Positions 40,621 through 53,527 of a stretch of 64,000 nucleotides of DNA are shown one piece after another (within the stretch, counting starts at the first letter, position 1; each line of letters begins with the position of its first letter). Where the stretch lies: contig OY253671.1 of assembly GCA_958009085.1 (NCBI GenBank), positions 868,001-932,000 of the forward strand. The letters run 5' to 3'. The translations under genes were made by a program, and so were the position numbers. Below the pieces are notes generated by a model. The model did no database searches, had not been told where the DNA came from, and saw nothing but the letters and a program-made list of their open reading frames with translations. The stretch is from Protoeuglena noctilucae. Taxonomy: Eukaryota.

Positions 40621-41331
40621 TAAGTGTTCCGTACATTCTTATGCCGTGTCCTCAGACCAGCCGGAGAATCGCCTGAGGCGGGAAGAGGGCGACAAGGTCG
40701 GACGATGGGTGCCTGACCCTGTGCTCCGGCGGCGGTCCCAGGATTGCCGGCCACCACCAGCCGACAGACTTCAGCGCGGTTGTCAATCAGAGAAGGCGAA
40801 ATGTGCCGATATTATGCCCAACGCGAGCGGACCTGGGGCTCACAAGCGCGGCAAAGTCGTCCACCATCGACGAGCTCGTTGCCACGCTTGAAAAGTAAAG
40901 CAGCCGCGCACAACGTCGTCGCGCGGGCACTGCAAAAGGGGCCAATAAATGTCGAGAGATGTCGTTCGTTTTCCAAGTGCGACGCGCGCCGCATCTACAC
41001 GCGCACTGCGTCGTCTTCTCCTGTGCCGCTGAGGACCGAAAACCTCCGAAGAGCTCTCCCTCTGTCTGCCGCAAGAAACGCAGCCGTTTGCAGTGGGCAC
41101 GTGCCTTTTCGGGGCCACGGCGGCGCGACAGCCTTGTCTTCACACACTCATTCTCAGCAGAACCTTAGGGAATGCCTGGCCCCCGGAGGGAGACGTCTGT
41201 CACAGAAGATATCACATGTCACGGACAGCAGCATGCATGCTGTGGGATGGGTGGGGACAGGGAAAGGGGGACGCGCGAGCTGCGGCCAGGCGTCTCGAGA
41301 ACTACACTATGACAAAAGGGCGACCGAGCGC

Positions 41332-43082
41332 TTACAGGCCCGTAAGGTCCGGCATGTGGACGGAGCTTGCCGACGCCTTGCGCCGGTGCCAGCTGTCCTG
41401 GCCCAGGAACGGCGTCAGGGCGTCCCCGTCGCAGCTGTCGATGCCACACGCCTCCTGGAAGGCCACCGTCAGGCCCGCGCCGCTCGACTGGGGCACGCCC
41501 ACGCTCTCCCCGGGCCCTGCGGCGTCCGCCGGGAAGAAGTCCGAGGCAGGGACCGGCGGCGGGAAGTGCGGCAGGTGCTCCAGGCCAGAGCAGTCGCCCT
41601 CCACGACGGTACTCAGGTTGCCCGGCTTGGCCGAGGACGGCAGCCCGTGCGCGTCCCACAGCGCGGCCCCCGTGCCTGCGCACTCATGTCCTGCCGACGC
41701 TGCGTCGTGCTGGGCGCCATCGAAATGCCCGGATGCGCTCGCCGTCCGCGGGATCCACGGCGCGCCGTGGCCCCCGTGCACTTCCGGGGCGAGCGGCCAG
41801 GGGCATGGGTCCGCCTCGGGGAAGGGCATCATGGGGTAGTGGAAGTCCACCGACTGGTGCCGCCGGTGGTGGGGCACGCCCATGGGTTCCCGGAAGCCGC
41901 GGGCTGACAGGGGCATGGGCATCTCGACCGACACGCTCCTGCTGGGGCAGGGCCTGCAGGCGCGGGGCGCATGAGATGTGAGAAACACGCCTCCGGCGAG
42001 CCCTTTCAGTAACAAGCTTGGTCGCTCTCCCCGGCGTTCACGGCGCGCGCCTCACCCTTCCGGCGCTGAGCCCGGCCGGCCGCCCCCTGCGCGCGGGCCC
42101 CTGCGCCTGTCGTCAACCGCCGCCGATCGCCGCATGCGCTTCGCCCTGCAGGCACGGCCCACGGACCTCGGTGGATGGTCGGAGAGGGCAGCAGCGCGCG
42201 TGGCCCGCCACGTCAGAGCCGCCCAGCGCCCACACGCACCGGTAGCGCGAGAGGGCAGCCTGCCGCTCCTCCGGGCCGTATGGCAGCGGGTCGATCTCCC
42301 TCTCGCCGGCCTTGAGCATGGCGTCCCGCTGCCTGTCCGTCGCCGTGAGGAAGAACAGCAGATGCTGGAACTGCTCCTCGTCGAATGACTGGAAGATGTG
42401 CATGCGGGCGCCGTACTGCAGAACGAGGTCGTTCTCAGACACCGCGATCTGCGCCAGTTGCGGAACGTCGTCTTGGGGAGAGCGCGGGTGCGTGCGCTGC
42501 CGCAGGACCTGGCGCGGGCCGCACGCCGCACCTGCTGCTGCATGCCGGACGTCACGGGGTCGCCCGCCGACGAGGCCCCCAGTGCCTGGCTGCCCCATTG
42601 GCCACCGTCGTAAGATTCGACCCCGTACTGCGAGGAGACGGCGCGGGGAGCCGAGTCGCGACCAGGACTGGGCCGGGTCCCCTGTTGGCATCAAACACAC
42701 GCCCTGGGGCCGCTGTCCTCGACCGCCCGCTCCACCCGCCGGCGCAGGTATCGCGTGTCTCGCACCTGATGCCCGGTGAGCGTACTCGGAGCCAGCGCTT
42801 CGCTTGGGAGCGGGGAGAACCCACGAAAGTCTGCAGGGGCTGCCCGGGTTCCCGCGTCCCGCGCCTCGACGGCGGATCATCTCGCACATGTCATGTCTCA
42901 CTACACGTTCGTGCACGCGCACGCGCCGCTCGCGCGCGGTTACCCTCCCTCCCACCGCACTCACCCATCGTGGGGCCCGGCGTCGCGAAGCTCTCGCTGT
43001 GGAACGAGTGGTGGTGCCGGTGGTGCGTGAAATGACTCGTCGCGGCCTGGTCCGAGGCCTTCTGCCCGTAATCCTCGACCTG
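41332..43082 (-). CDS. Unknown protein with a CCT-like basic helix; 5' end unresolved
   Basis: Spliced coding-like exons: His-rich FTHHRHHHSFH; IAVSENDLVLQYG..FLTATDRQRDAML..YGPEERQAALSRYR|AKRMRR; acidic last exon. Confidence 0.5.
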
Positions 43083-44385
43083 CGGGCGCCGGAGGCTCAC
43101 GCGCTCTGCAAACTGCCGCTCGCGCTCCCCCGCCCAGCCCACCCGGGCAGCGGGGGGAAGGCGCTGGCGAAAGCGTTTGGATCTCGATGCCGACGAGATC
43201 AATGGGGCGGGGCGGCGGGGTGCGACGAGGGGGCGGCGTGGGCCGGGCTCGCATGCGTTCGCTGGCCGGAGCACGCCTCGCGGGAATCGGGCGGTCCGCG
43301 CCCGTCATCGGGCGCGCGAGCGACGCCCAGCGACACAACATCCCAATCGCGAGCTACCGAGGCGGGGCCGCCCAAAGCCCGGGGCGGGAGCGGGCGGGAG
43401 GCTCCCACCTGTGGAGGGCTCAGGAAGTCGTCAGCGAGCCGAGGAACCGCGCTCCTGTGGGCCTGTGTACTCGGCCCCGCCTGCCCTCCCGCACATCCTC
43501 GCGAAAATTCCATGTCTCCCTCCCGGGCCGCCCCGCGCTGCCCCGGAATCCGCCCCAGACCCCGTTCTCCGGCCCCGGAGGGCGGTGACGGGCGCGCGAA
43601 CGGAAGCCGCTCAGTCAATGAGACGAAACCACGCGTCGAGGGCACGTTCCCCTTCGGATGGGCGCCGGAGCGGGCGAGGCAGGGCGAAAAGGCTCGGCTC
43701 GGCTGGGGTCTCAGCTAGCAGAGCTCACGGAGATACTTAGCGAAAACGATATGGTGCGGCAAGGCACCGATAGCGCCCTGATTCGCCCGCCTGCGTAGTC
43801 AGACTAGCCAGAGTTGACAGGCGCGGCCCGTCGGGGAGACGTTTCGTATCCAAGCGCTGCCTTGCCACGAGCATTATGGTACGGAGTACGCCGACGGCAA
43901 AGCCACTTCAGCACTTCCGAGCGAGAGCGGATTCGTCACCCCCTCCGACCCTCACCGCTTCGAGGATCGCCAGCTCCTCTCGCCAAATCGAGAGTCTCTT
44001 CGTGGTCAGGTAGGTCTCGCTCGCTCGCTCACGCGCCGCAGCTCGACATCATTACTTTAACGCACTCGAACGCGTAATTTGCAATGCATCTCTCCCTCTC
44101 GACACGCCGGCAGCTGTTCTTGCTCTTAGTTACATTGCTGTGGTCCGCTCAGCGCTCCTACCGCCCGCGATGGTGGCCTGGGCGGGCCGCGTGGTCTGCA
44201 GAGGTGTCCGCCCCTTGCGCCGCCTATGCGTCGCCGCCGGGCCACGCTTTGCCTGTTCAATAACTTCTGCATGTTCTTTAATTCATGTTCTTGCAGCAAG
44301 GATGATGTGGATGCCTGAAAAGCAGCGAACGCGACGCGGGACCACCGTGTGTGCAGGTGTCCAGGTGGACCCAACCGGAGACGCG

Positions 44386-45412
44386 ATGGCGCAGCCCGTC
44401 CATGCGCAGCCCGTCTACGCGCAGCCCGTCTACCACTACCATGTGTCCCAGGCGCCGGCAGCGAAGCCTGGGCCCCCGGCCAACCCCGGGCCGCTGGGCC
44501 TGTTCGGCTTCGGGATGACAACTACGACCCTTTGCTTCGTCATTTCCGAATGGGCGAAGGGCCCGTTTGCCGACACAGTTGTCGGCTATGCTCTGGCGTA
44601 CGGCGGGGCGACGCAATGGGTGGCAGGTCTCCTCGAGATGTTTAACGGCAATACCTTTGGCGGGACGGCGTTCATGTCCTACGGTGCGTTCTGGATCGCG
44701 TGGTGGTACTCGGGCTTCGTCCTGCAAGCGCCTTTGGAGACCACGGGCGCGGGTCTCGTGCACGCGTTGGTGAGGGGCGACGGAGGCGGAGGGTTCGCTC
44801 GCAAACACGTCTTGCCTTCAGGGCCCCTGTGTGTCCATCCATCGCCCGTAACCCTCCCTCTCCCTCCCTGCCTCAGTGGGGTCTCCTGACGCTGGGCTTC
44901 TTCGTGATCACGGTGACCAAGAGGCTGCCCGTCAAGGTGCAGGTCGTGTTCGGCAGCCTCGCCGCGACCTTCTTCCTCCTCTCGGGCGGCACGTACAACA
45001 AGTCCGTGAATGTGAGCCGCGAGCCTCAAGCCGAGCAGTCTGCCCCCCGCTCCCGATGCCCTGCCGCGACCGCCCCATCCCTAGGCCCGTGCAGATCGCG
45101 GCCGGGTACGTGGGCATGTTCTGCGGCATGTCGGCCAACTGGGCTGCCATGTCCGACCTGTTCGAGGCGGTCCCCGACGCGAGGGTCGCCGCGGCCAAGG
45201 CCCCGGACGCGACTGCGGGCCCCCAGGCGCTGCAGCTCAGCTCCTCCGACGTGGCGCTCCCCATGATGGACCACGACCACCACCCCGACCACCCCCACCA
45301 CGACTCCCACCACGAGAGGCGACCCCTGCACCTGAAGGACGAGCGCAGCCTCCAGGCCCGAGGGGGCCCCGCGACGTCCATCGACTACGGGTCCGGTGGC
45401 CGGCCCAACTAG
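44386..45412 (+). CDS. GPR1/FUN34/YaaH (SatP) family acetate/ammonia transporter, copy 1; an upstream exon is possible
   Basis: [45 protein letters not shown]. Confidence 0.93.
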
Positions 45413-45822
45413 CCCTTGACCTGGCGGGGCCACGGTTGAACGTCCAAACGCCTGTGACACACGTTGCCTGGCAACACTCTAACACCGCTCTGCACGCCCC
45501 CTGCTCAAGGCAGGCCCCCTGGACTGCGCCGCGGTCAGTTTCCCACACTGCGGACATCGGCAGCCGTCGCTCAGCGGCTCTGGCGGCTCCAGCGGTCATC
45601 ATCTCTCAGGTCCGTTGCTCGGCCATCCTGGCCCCGGGGGACCGGCCCCCGGCGTCACGACTGCGTCACCACGCGCCAATGGCCGACGTCCTCCGTGCGG
45701 CGCCGTCCGGGCTGACCGAACGCGCTGCAACGGTGGTGTTTCGTCCCCCCTCGCAGTCGTTCGTCCCGAGCAGGTAGTGAGAGGAATCCTTGAGTCCGCG
45801 GGGGTTCCCGTAGGCCGAAAAC

Positions 45823-47728
45823 ATGAGCAGCGCCGTGTCCGGACAGCGCGACGCGCTCCACGTCGTCCACCTGGAGGGCGGTGAGTCGGGGGGCCTGCTG
45901 GGGCGCTCTCCCGGCGCGAGACGCTGCGCTTCACGAAAATCGCTATCATACCTGATGTAAAGAAGCGACCTGGAGCTGTCCCGGGCCCCGCGCGTTCGGA
46001 ACGCGCTTGGCGCGTTCGCAAACGCGCGGTGTGCTGCAGCCCTAGCGAGGTGACGGAAGCCCCCCTCGCGCCCGTGCAGCAGACGGCTACAAGCCCGAGT
46101 ACAAGCCTGAGCCGCCGCGTCAGGAGGATCCCAAGATGACCCAAGGTGGGCGCGGTGGGGGCTGGGATCGGGGTCGAAGAGGGTGACATGCGTGCTTGGG
46201 GCGGGGACAACGGAATCGTCCTCGCGTCAGCAGCTGCCGCAGCCGATACAGTGGACGTTACCTCAATCCGCGCACGCACGCGTTGAGGCACGACTGCCTG
46301 CCCCCTGCCGCAGCGCACCTCTACTGCAACCCCGGGCCGCTCGGCCTCTTCGCGTATGGGATGACTGCGTGCAGCCTGATGTTCGTAAATATGTCCTGGG
46401 CGGGCGCCAAGTTCACGAGCGCCGTGATCGGCTTCGGATTCGCGTACGCCGGCCTGACGCAGTGGGTCGCCGGGGTCATGGAGGCGATTCGGGGCAACAC
46501 CTTCGGTGCCACCGGTGAGCGCCCCTCTCAGCACATGCGCAACCGGCTTTAGCATGAACCGCCACGTCCCGCCCGCTGTCGCCCCTGCGCCTGCCGACAA
46601 TGTCGCCGCCCTCCCGCCACCGCAGTGTCGATGTCCTACGGCGCCTTCTGGATGTCGTGGTGGTTCACGGCGACCATGGACCAGGCGGGCATGTTCTTCT
46701 CCGAAAACGAGTACCACTCGGGCCAGGCGCTCCTCATGTTCCAGTGGGGCTGCTTCACGCTGGGCATCTTCGGCATCACGCTCCACCGGTCCTTCAACAA
46801 CCGCGTCCGCGCCGTCTTCGCCACGCTCGCCCTCACTTACTTCATGATGGCCCTCGGCCAGTTCGCCTACCCCATCAAGGTCATGGCCGGCTACATGGGC
46901 TTCATCAGCGGCATGACGGCCAACTTCGCCGCCTTCACCGAGCTCACCCGAGAGGTGAGGCGGCGGTGCTCGATGCGGCACCTCCGGACCTGGAGTGGCC
47001 CGCCCCGTGCAAAGCTACGCGTTGTTCGTCGGGTCCCCCCGCCCACCTGCGCCGCCCCTTGCCGTCCCCCCCAGGTCTGGGGCGACCAGGAGCGCCCCCA
47101 GTGGTGGCACAAGACGCGCGCCGCCCACGAAACCATCATCTCCCGGCTGCCCATCAGCAAGCTCGTCTCCTTCCTGGAGCACAAGATCCCGGCCTCGGAG
47201 CTCGAGCCCGTGATGGCGGCCCCGGCCCCCACGGCCACCGCCGCCAGCGTGGCCGTGTCGGCGTCGGGGGTGACGGCCACCGAGGGGCTGCACCCCGCGC
47301 CCCTCGCCGCGCCCCCGGCCCCCGCCGCGCCCAAGGCGGACCCCCTGGAGGACGGCCTCTCTGCGGAGGACTCGCGGGACCTGCTGGGTGCGGACGCGGT
47401 GCAGTCGGACGGGTCGACGGGTGCCAAGCCGGCGGCCAACAAGAAGACGCGCAGGGCGGGCAACGGGCCCAACTATGCGTCCCCGGACCTGGAGGCGGGC
47501 GAGGGCGACAAGGAGGACGGGGAGGGGGCAGCGCCCGCGGCGGCCAAGAAGGCGAGTTGTGCTGCGCTGTGCAGGCGGAGCGCCATCCGAGACCCTCTGC
47601 TTTGGCGCTGAGCAGCTGGGCTAGCAGGCGCACACGTGCACCCAAGTCGCCCACGCCGACCCTCGCCCCGTCCGCCCCCGCAGTCACTGTTCGGCAAGAT
47701 GTTTCCCGCCAGCACGGGCAGCAGCTAA
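45823..47728 (+). CDS. GPR1/FUN34/YaaH (SatP) family acetate/ammonia transporter, copy 2
   Basis: [45 protein letters not shown]; ends SLFGKMFPASTGSS*. Confidence 0.92.
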
Positions 47729-47797
47729 CGCATCAGTCACGCGTGACGCACCCACCCCCTAGGAGCTTGGATAATTGAGGACCGGCCCATTCCGCCG

Positions 47798-50700
47798 TCA
47801 AGTGACTCTGGCGACCAGACGCAGAGCAGCAAGCAGCAAGTGTCTAGAAGCGCTCCGTTCCCCCCCGCCACGGGCATGCCCCATGCCGTGATGACTGCTG
47901 GCCCTGGCTCTGTCTGTTCGGGACGACCCGCACGTGGGTAGAGGTTCGCGCTTTGAAAGCCAAGAACCGCACGTGGCAGCGCAAGCGACGCTGGGGCACG
48001 ACAGGGGTGTACAGACGGAGCATGGCGCAAGGCTCGCAATAGCATGCAGCGCAGAAAGGGGCGCGCAGTTACAGATACAAGTCAGCCGTGAATCAGGTTG
48101 GAACGCGAACGGACAACGAGCTCGGGAAACTCCATGGCACGTCCGGGGACAGAGGGAACGGGACGTGGTGCACCCCAAAGGGCGCACTAACAGGGCGCTA
48201 CGCTCGCCCTGCACGGGGACGCCAGTGGCTCCCCTAACTCTGGCACGAAACTGGCACAGTCCGCTGGAAAACACCGCTTTGCTGGCAGCGCCCACGGCGG
48301 GGCTAGGAGTCTCTGCTGGCACGTGAAACCGTGAAGCCCGCTTCAGAAGCTCGACAGAAGCAGGTGGCTCGAGTGGTCCTTGACCCACGCCAGGCACTTG
48401 TGCGCTAGGCTGCGAGGGAGGAAGGGGCATCGTGGTCTGAAGCATCGTGGCCTTACAACCTGTCCATCATGGTCCGCCACGGCATCAGAATGCAGCTCCA
48501 TAGCAGAGCCATCGGCTATGTGGCAGCCTCCTCTTCGTTGCAGACGCATTTCCCCACCGCAAGCGCACCTGAGGGCCGTCGACTCGTCGGCCAGCGGATC
48601 CACGACGCACATGAGGCAGTGCTGCCCGTGCGACGACTCGGTCACGCCCACAAACGTCGCGTTGGGCACCCGCACCACGCGCTCCTCGTCGCGCCACGGC
48701 CCGCCCGACGCACAGCGCAGGTCCGACCACAGGCGCTTGTAAGCCTGCGGGAGCGAACTAGGCGACACGTCTCTGGTCTTGCTGATCCCCAATGCATCGT
48801 CAGTCAACCATCGCGTGGCCGTTGTCAACCAAAGGTCGATGGCTACCGCCCATTGCCAGCCTCACCTGCATGATGGCCAGGCACTCGGCAGGGCCGTCCA
48901 GGGGGCTGGCGGCCGTGGACGCGCACATCTGGCCGCCCGACACGTAACAAAAGTGCCACAGGAGCGCAGGCTTCCATTCCCTCGATCTCGCAGGGGCCCC
49001 GAGGCCGGTCGATCCCAGCTGCCACACGCTCGGGCTCTCTGCAAATGGCAGCACAGGGAAGGGAGCCATTGCGCTGCCTGCAGCGTTGCGGCCCCACAGC
49101 GCCAAAAGCTCGCCATTGCGGGAGCGACTTGCTTTGCAGCCCTCACCGTCAGCGCCCGGGGCCGGGGTGGCTGCGGAGGGCCCAGCGTCCAACGCCACCG
49201 CTCCAGTCACTGCGCCTGGCAGGGCGTACAGGGGCACGCACCCAAGCGGGCGGCCCGTCTGCCACCACGGCTGCGGGCACGGGACGGCGTCGACCTCACT
49301 GGGCCGTCCATCGCTGGGCCTTGCAGCCCTGTACTGCAGGCCCTGTCCTGCATCCCTGTACCAGTCTGCAACCCTGTTCGACGACCCCCCCCCCCCCCCC
49401 CCCCCCCCCAATCCTGTCACCTGGACCAAGTCCCCGCGAGTGCCGTCGGACCCGGCGTCGTCGGGCGCCCTGGCCGGGTAGCTGACGCTCCAAGGCACGC
49501 CGTCTGTGCTGCGGCTGACGCCACTCCGCGGCGACACCGCCACCACGCGGCCCGTGAGCACCACGCCCCGCGACCCCTCGACAGGGGACGAGCTGGGCCC
49601 GGCCCGGCCCAGGCTCCCGAGGTCGCCTGCCGGAAGACTGCTCGGCCCTGCGGGTGCCGACGGTGGCGTTTCATCATGTCGTTCGCCATTCATGCCAGCT
49701 GCAGGCACAGGCCACGCCGACCACGCTGCTGTGTGTCATGGCACATGCACGCGGGCAGCCAATGCGCAGCGTTTGCCCTCGCCTTCTCGCCCCGCGGACA
49801 GCATCTGCGACAGCGCGTAGGCCGCCCCCGCACGCACTTTCCTGCACGAGCCAGGGAGAAGCTCAACCTCAGTCGTAAGCCCGATGGCGTCGTAGTGGGA
49901 CAGCCCACGGCATTCAGCCACGCTGCTGCCAGCGCCCAGTCACCTCCCGCTGGCGCCCTCCTCGGTCAGCGAGGCGTCCGTGCTGCGGCGGCCGATCGGA
50001 GAAGAAGCCTGGGCACCGGGGGTCCCGAAATCCAACGCATCCAAGTAGCCTCCTGCCTGGGGGGCGGACATGGCTCCGAGGACAGGAGGCGACGGGCGCG
50101 CGAGGGCGTCCATTGGCGCGCCCTCCTCCCCCGTGGGCCGCTGGGAGAAGCTCGGGTAGGAGCTCCCGGGAGATACCTGCGGGGCACAGCACAGCGGGGC
50201 TCGTCCAGCTTGCATGGCGGTGCGACAAAGGCATCCTAATGTTTGGAACGCGGCAGCAGTGAAGGCGACCGGGCGCGCAGCGGAGCGCGATAAAGCGTGT
50301 TTGCGGCGCACCGTGGGTGGGTTCCGATGGCTGCTGCCGCTAATGCGGTCAAGGCTCCGTGGGACCGAGGGCATGCTGGCGACCGGACCACGCGGGGTGG
50401 CCAGGTGGACGCTCCGAGCGATGTGTTCCAGGAGCGCGGGCGCGGAGGCGTGGGCGGACCCGGCGCCTGCGGGGGCTAGGGCGGGAGGGTCACGGAGGGG
50501 CGGCAAGCGGTGGGGTGGGAGTTGGCGTGTGAGCATTGAGCCTCGCCCTCACTGGAAACCCTCCAGCTGGGGGCGTGGCCCGGGACCGAGCGAATGGTGC
50601 CGAAGTGGAGCTGGCCGACGATGGAGGTGGCGACGGCTGCACACGTGGGGGCGTCGTCCACCGCCGCACAAAGCACGACTGCGGGAAAGAAAGAGGGTGT

Positions 50701-52350
50701 CACGAGGGTTGCGGGAAAGCGCCAGAGGGCGTTACAAGGGAGTAATGCGCGCTAGCAGAAGGCAACGCACGCAGCACACGCACCGATCCAGACGTCCACG
50801 GCGGGGGTGGGGTCGAGGAACTGCACGTAGCACTGGAGGACGTCGGGGGCGGCGGGGGTGGCGGGGAGCGAGACAGGGAAGATGCACGAGGTGGCGCGCA
50901 GGTTCCGGTGGGACAGGACCCAGTGCTGCAGGGCGGTCATGTCGTGGGGGTGCACCGCGCGGGCCCAGGGCGCCCCGCCCCACGATGCGACCAGGGCTGG
51001 GCCGGCGTGCAGGGCCGCCCAAGCGATGCGCCGCGCGGGGTCGTGCCGCGCCACGGCCGCCTGCATCGCCGCGGCCAGAGCCACGCGGACGGGTGGCTCC
51101 AGGGGCAGCGGGTGCACGGCGCCCAGCAGGAGGCCCCAGTGAGAGTCGAGGCCGTCGACGAGGGCGCCGAGGACTCCTGACAAGTCCGAGAGGAACGGGG
51201 AGACGTCGAAGGTCGGGTCCTGCAAGGCGGGGCGAGGTTGAGGTTAAGGTGATCGTGGTCGGTAAGCGTGACGGGCATGGGCGAGGGCGGGGTGACACGG
51301 ATGCGTGCGCGGGCATGGGCATGAGACTGGCGGAGAGGGCGACGCCAGGTTGCTGTGCGCGGGGGCACCTGTGCCATGTACGCGAGGGTGCGCTTGGTGA
51401 GGGCCATCTCCAGCACCGTCCCCGCCATGTCGATCAGGGCAGCCACGGTGGCCTCGGGGTCGATCTTGGACACGCCGCAAAGGACGAGCGGCCCGCGGCG
51501 GCGAATGACCGCGACGCAATCGCCCCCGTGCATCGTGTGCACGGTCTCCCCCAGGGCGATCTCCGCGAAGCCCACGAGGCCGATTAGCGCTCCCATGTAG
51601 TTGGCGACGGAGCCCAGGGACCCCCAGCGCGTGTAGATGGGCCGCCCGGACTCGCCGATCACGAACAGGTGCCGCGAGTGGGACGGGAGGACCGCATCCG
51701 CGTCCCCCTCGTCGTCCTCTGACCGCGCGGACGTCAGGGCCAGCCGGCTGCGACGCGAATGCGACGAGTGCAGCGGAGCAGGTGCCGCGGAGGGAGGGTC
51801 GGGGCCCGCCGCACTGCTCGCTGCACCCTCGGTCTCCAGGGCTATGGGCTGGGCGGTGTGCGGTGCGCCTGACGCAGCCAAGGGCGGGGCGGGCCTGCCG
51901 GTTACGCGGTCACCCGCCTCGTCCGTGCCGGCGGCTGCGGAGAGGCCGGGCGACGGCGCCGACGCCGCGCGAGCCGGGGGCGGGGCGAGGGGCCGGCTCG
52001 CGGGCCCGACGGCAGACGGTGCAGAGGCTGCCGCCGGGCCGCCCGCGTGGAAATGTGTCGTGCTGTCGGGCGACACGATCTGCCCCTCTCGCACCGTCTT
52101 GAGGGGTGCCGCCAGGTGCATGCCCTCCCAAGGGCTGGACGGTCCTCTTCGGCGGCGTGCCTGCGGCGTGGTGGGGGCCGACAGGGCCCCCATGAACCTC
52201 CCGGAGTTGGCGACCGCCTGTCGCAGCGCCACCGCGGTGGCTGAGGGGAACTCGGCCAGGGCCGGAGCGGCGTGGGAAGGCGATGGCGCGGGGGACTGGG
52301 GGCGGAGCAGGGGCGGCGTTGAGGAATTTCGCAGAGAAGGGGCTTTTCTG
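47798..52350 (-). CDS. MON1: MON1/SAND-family vacuolar fusion protein (divergent); both ends approximate, upstream exon(s) probably extend to ~52800
   Basis: RHLFVIGESGRPIYTRWG..YMGALIG..RRGPLVLCGVSK..LTKRTL..DPTFDVSPFL; VHPLPL..VR; VHPHDMTAL; IFPVSLP; LLWHFCY. Confidence 0.8.
49385..49409. repeat. C25 homopolymer (G25 on the MON1 transcript, probably intronic)
   Basis: Direct count; lies between a CAG|GTGAC donor and a CTGCAG acceptor on the minus strand. Confidence 0.85.
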
Positions 52351-53527
52351 CCCACATAGCAGTTTAAAATCTCTCACCAGTGTGCCTTCTTCCCCTTGAA
52401 GGCCTGCCGCGTCGCCCGAGCGGAAAGGCGGTCCCGACGAGAGGCCTACGATGCGGATGCGCGGGGACTGCAACACGCGCGGCAAGAAGACGCGCGCGCT
52501 GACGGACCGACTCAGAGGATTGTAAGGAGCCCCCGTACGGGCCGTGGACGGTCCCGGCTGGTCATCTGGGCTCGAGCCTGCAGCAACAAGAGTGACGGCT
52601 CGCTTTTTGCCGTCGGCGGCAGACGGCAGCGCAAGGCGCGGTTCTGGACGGCACACGTGGAGCACATAGCCTCAAAATGTGCCAGATTTCGTGCGCGAGA
52701 CACAGCGTGGCGCCGCTGCGGAGATCGCAGTGGTGTTCCACCGCGCGCAGAGCTCGCCTTCGCGTGCGAATTCGCCCGACACGTCCGAGTGGCGCCGCTG
52801 TAGTCCATGATGGGATCGCGAGTCCGAGGCATCGCCGCGGGAAACCGCGCCCTGCATGCGAGCTGCATGTGACCGCACAGCGACCGCACCCTCCCCGCCG
52901 CCTGAAAGGGGGGGAAAGCAAGGGCGCGTCGCGTTGCTCATTGACCATTAGAGCGGGGAACCGACAAGTCGGAGAGGAATGGGCGGCTCCCGTCGGCGAA
53001 CTCCGCCCATGTGCGCCCCCGGCGCAGACGGGGCCCACGCCGCGCTGGGCGGCACGCCTACGCACCCGCCGGGCGGTCGGAAGCCGTAGGCTCTCCGTCC
53101 ATGGATTCCGTCATGGCATCGGCCCTCTCGGCGCGCCCGCAGCCCGCCAGGTCGGTCGGGAGGCCCTCGGTCGACGCGCGGGCTTCCCGTCCCTCCCCGG
53201 CCCCGTGGGGCAGGCAAACTAACGCGCCAGCGTTGGAGTCCCTCGACGGCATGTTCAGATGTCGTCCAGGCCTCAGTGGGCGACGAAAGGGCTACACACC
53301 ACCATCTTGGGATACGATTCGCCAAGTCAGGGTGTCGGAAAGGGATTGTCGCGTGGGAGGGCGCGTCGCGGTCACATCTGCGGTCTCGCCACGTGACGGG
53401 TTTGACCAGGCTTACCCTACATTGACTTTGGACACGAAATGGAAAAAGACGCAGCTCCATGTGAAAAGAAAGGCTGCTTACATGCCGTCGTAGCCGGCCG
53501 CCGCAGCAGGGACGCCGGAGGCCGCGG

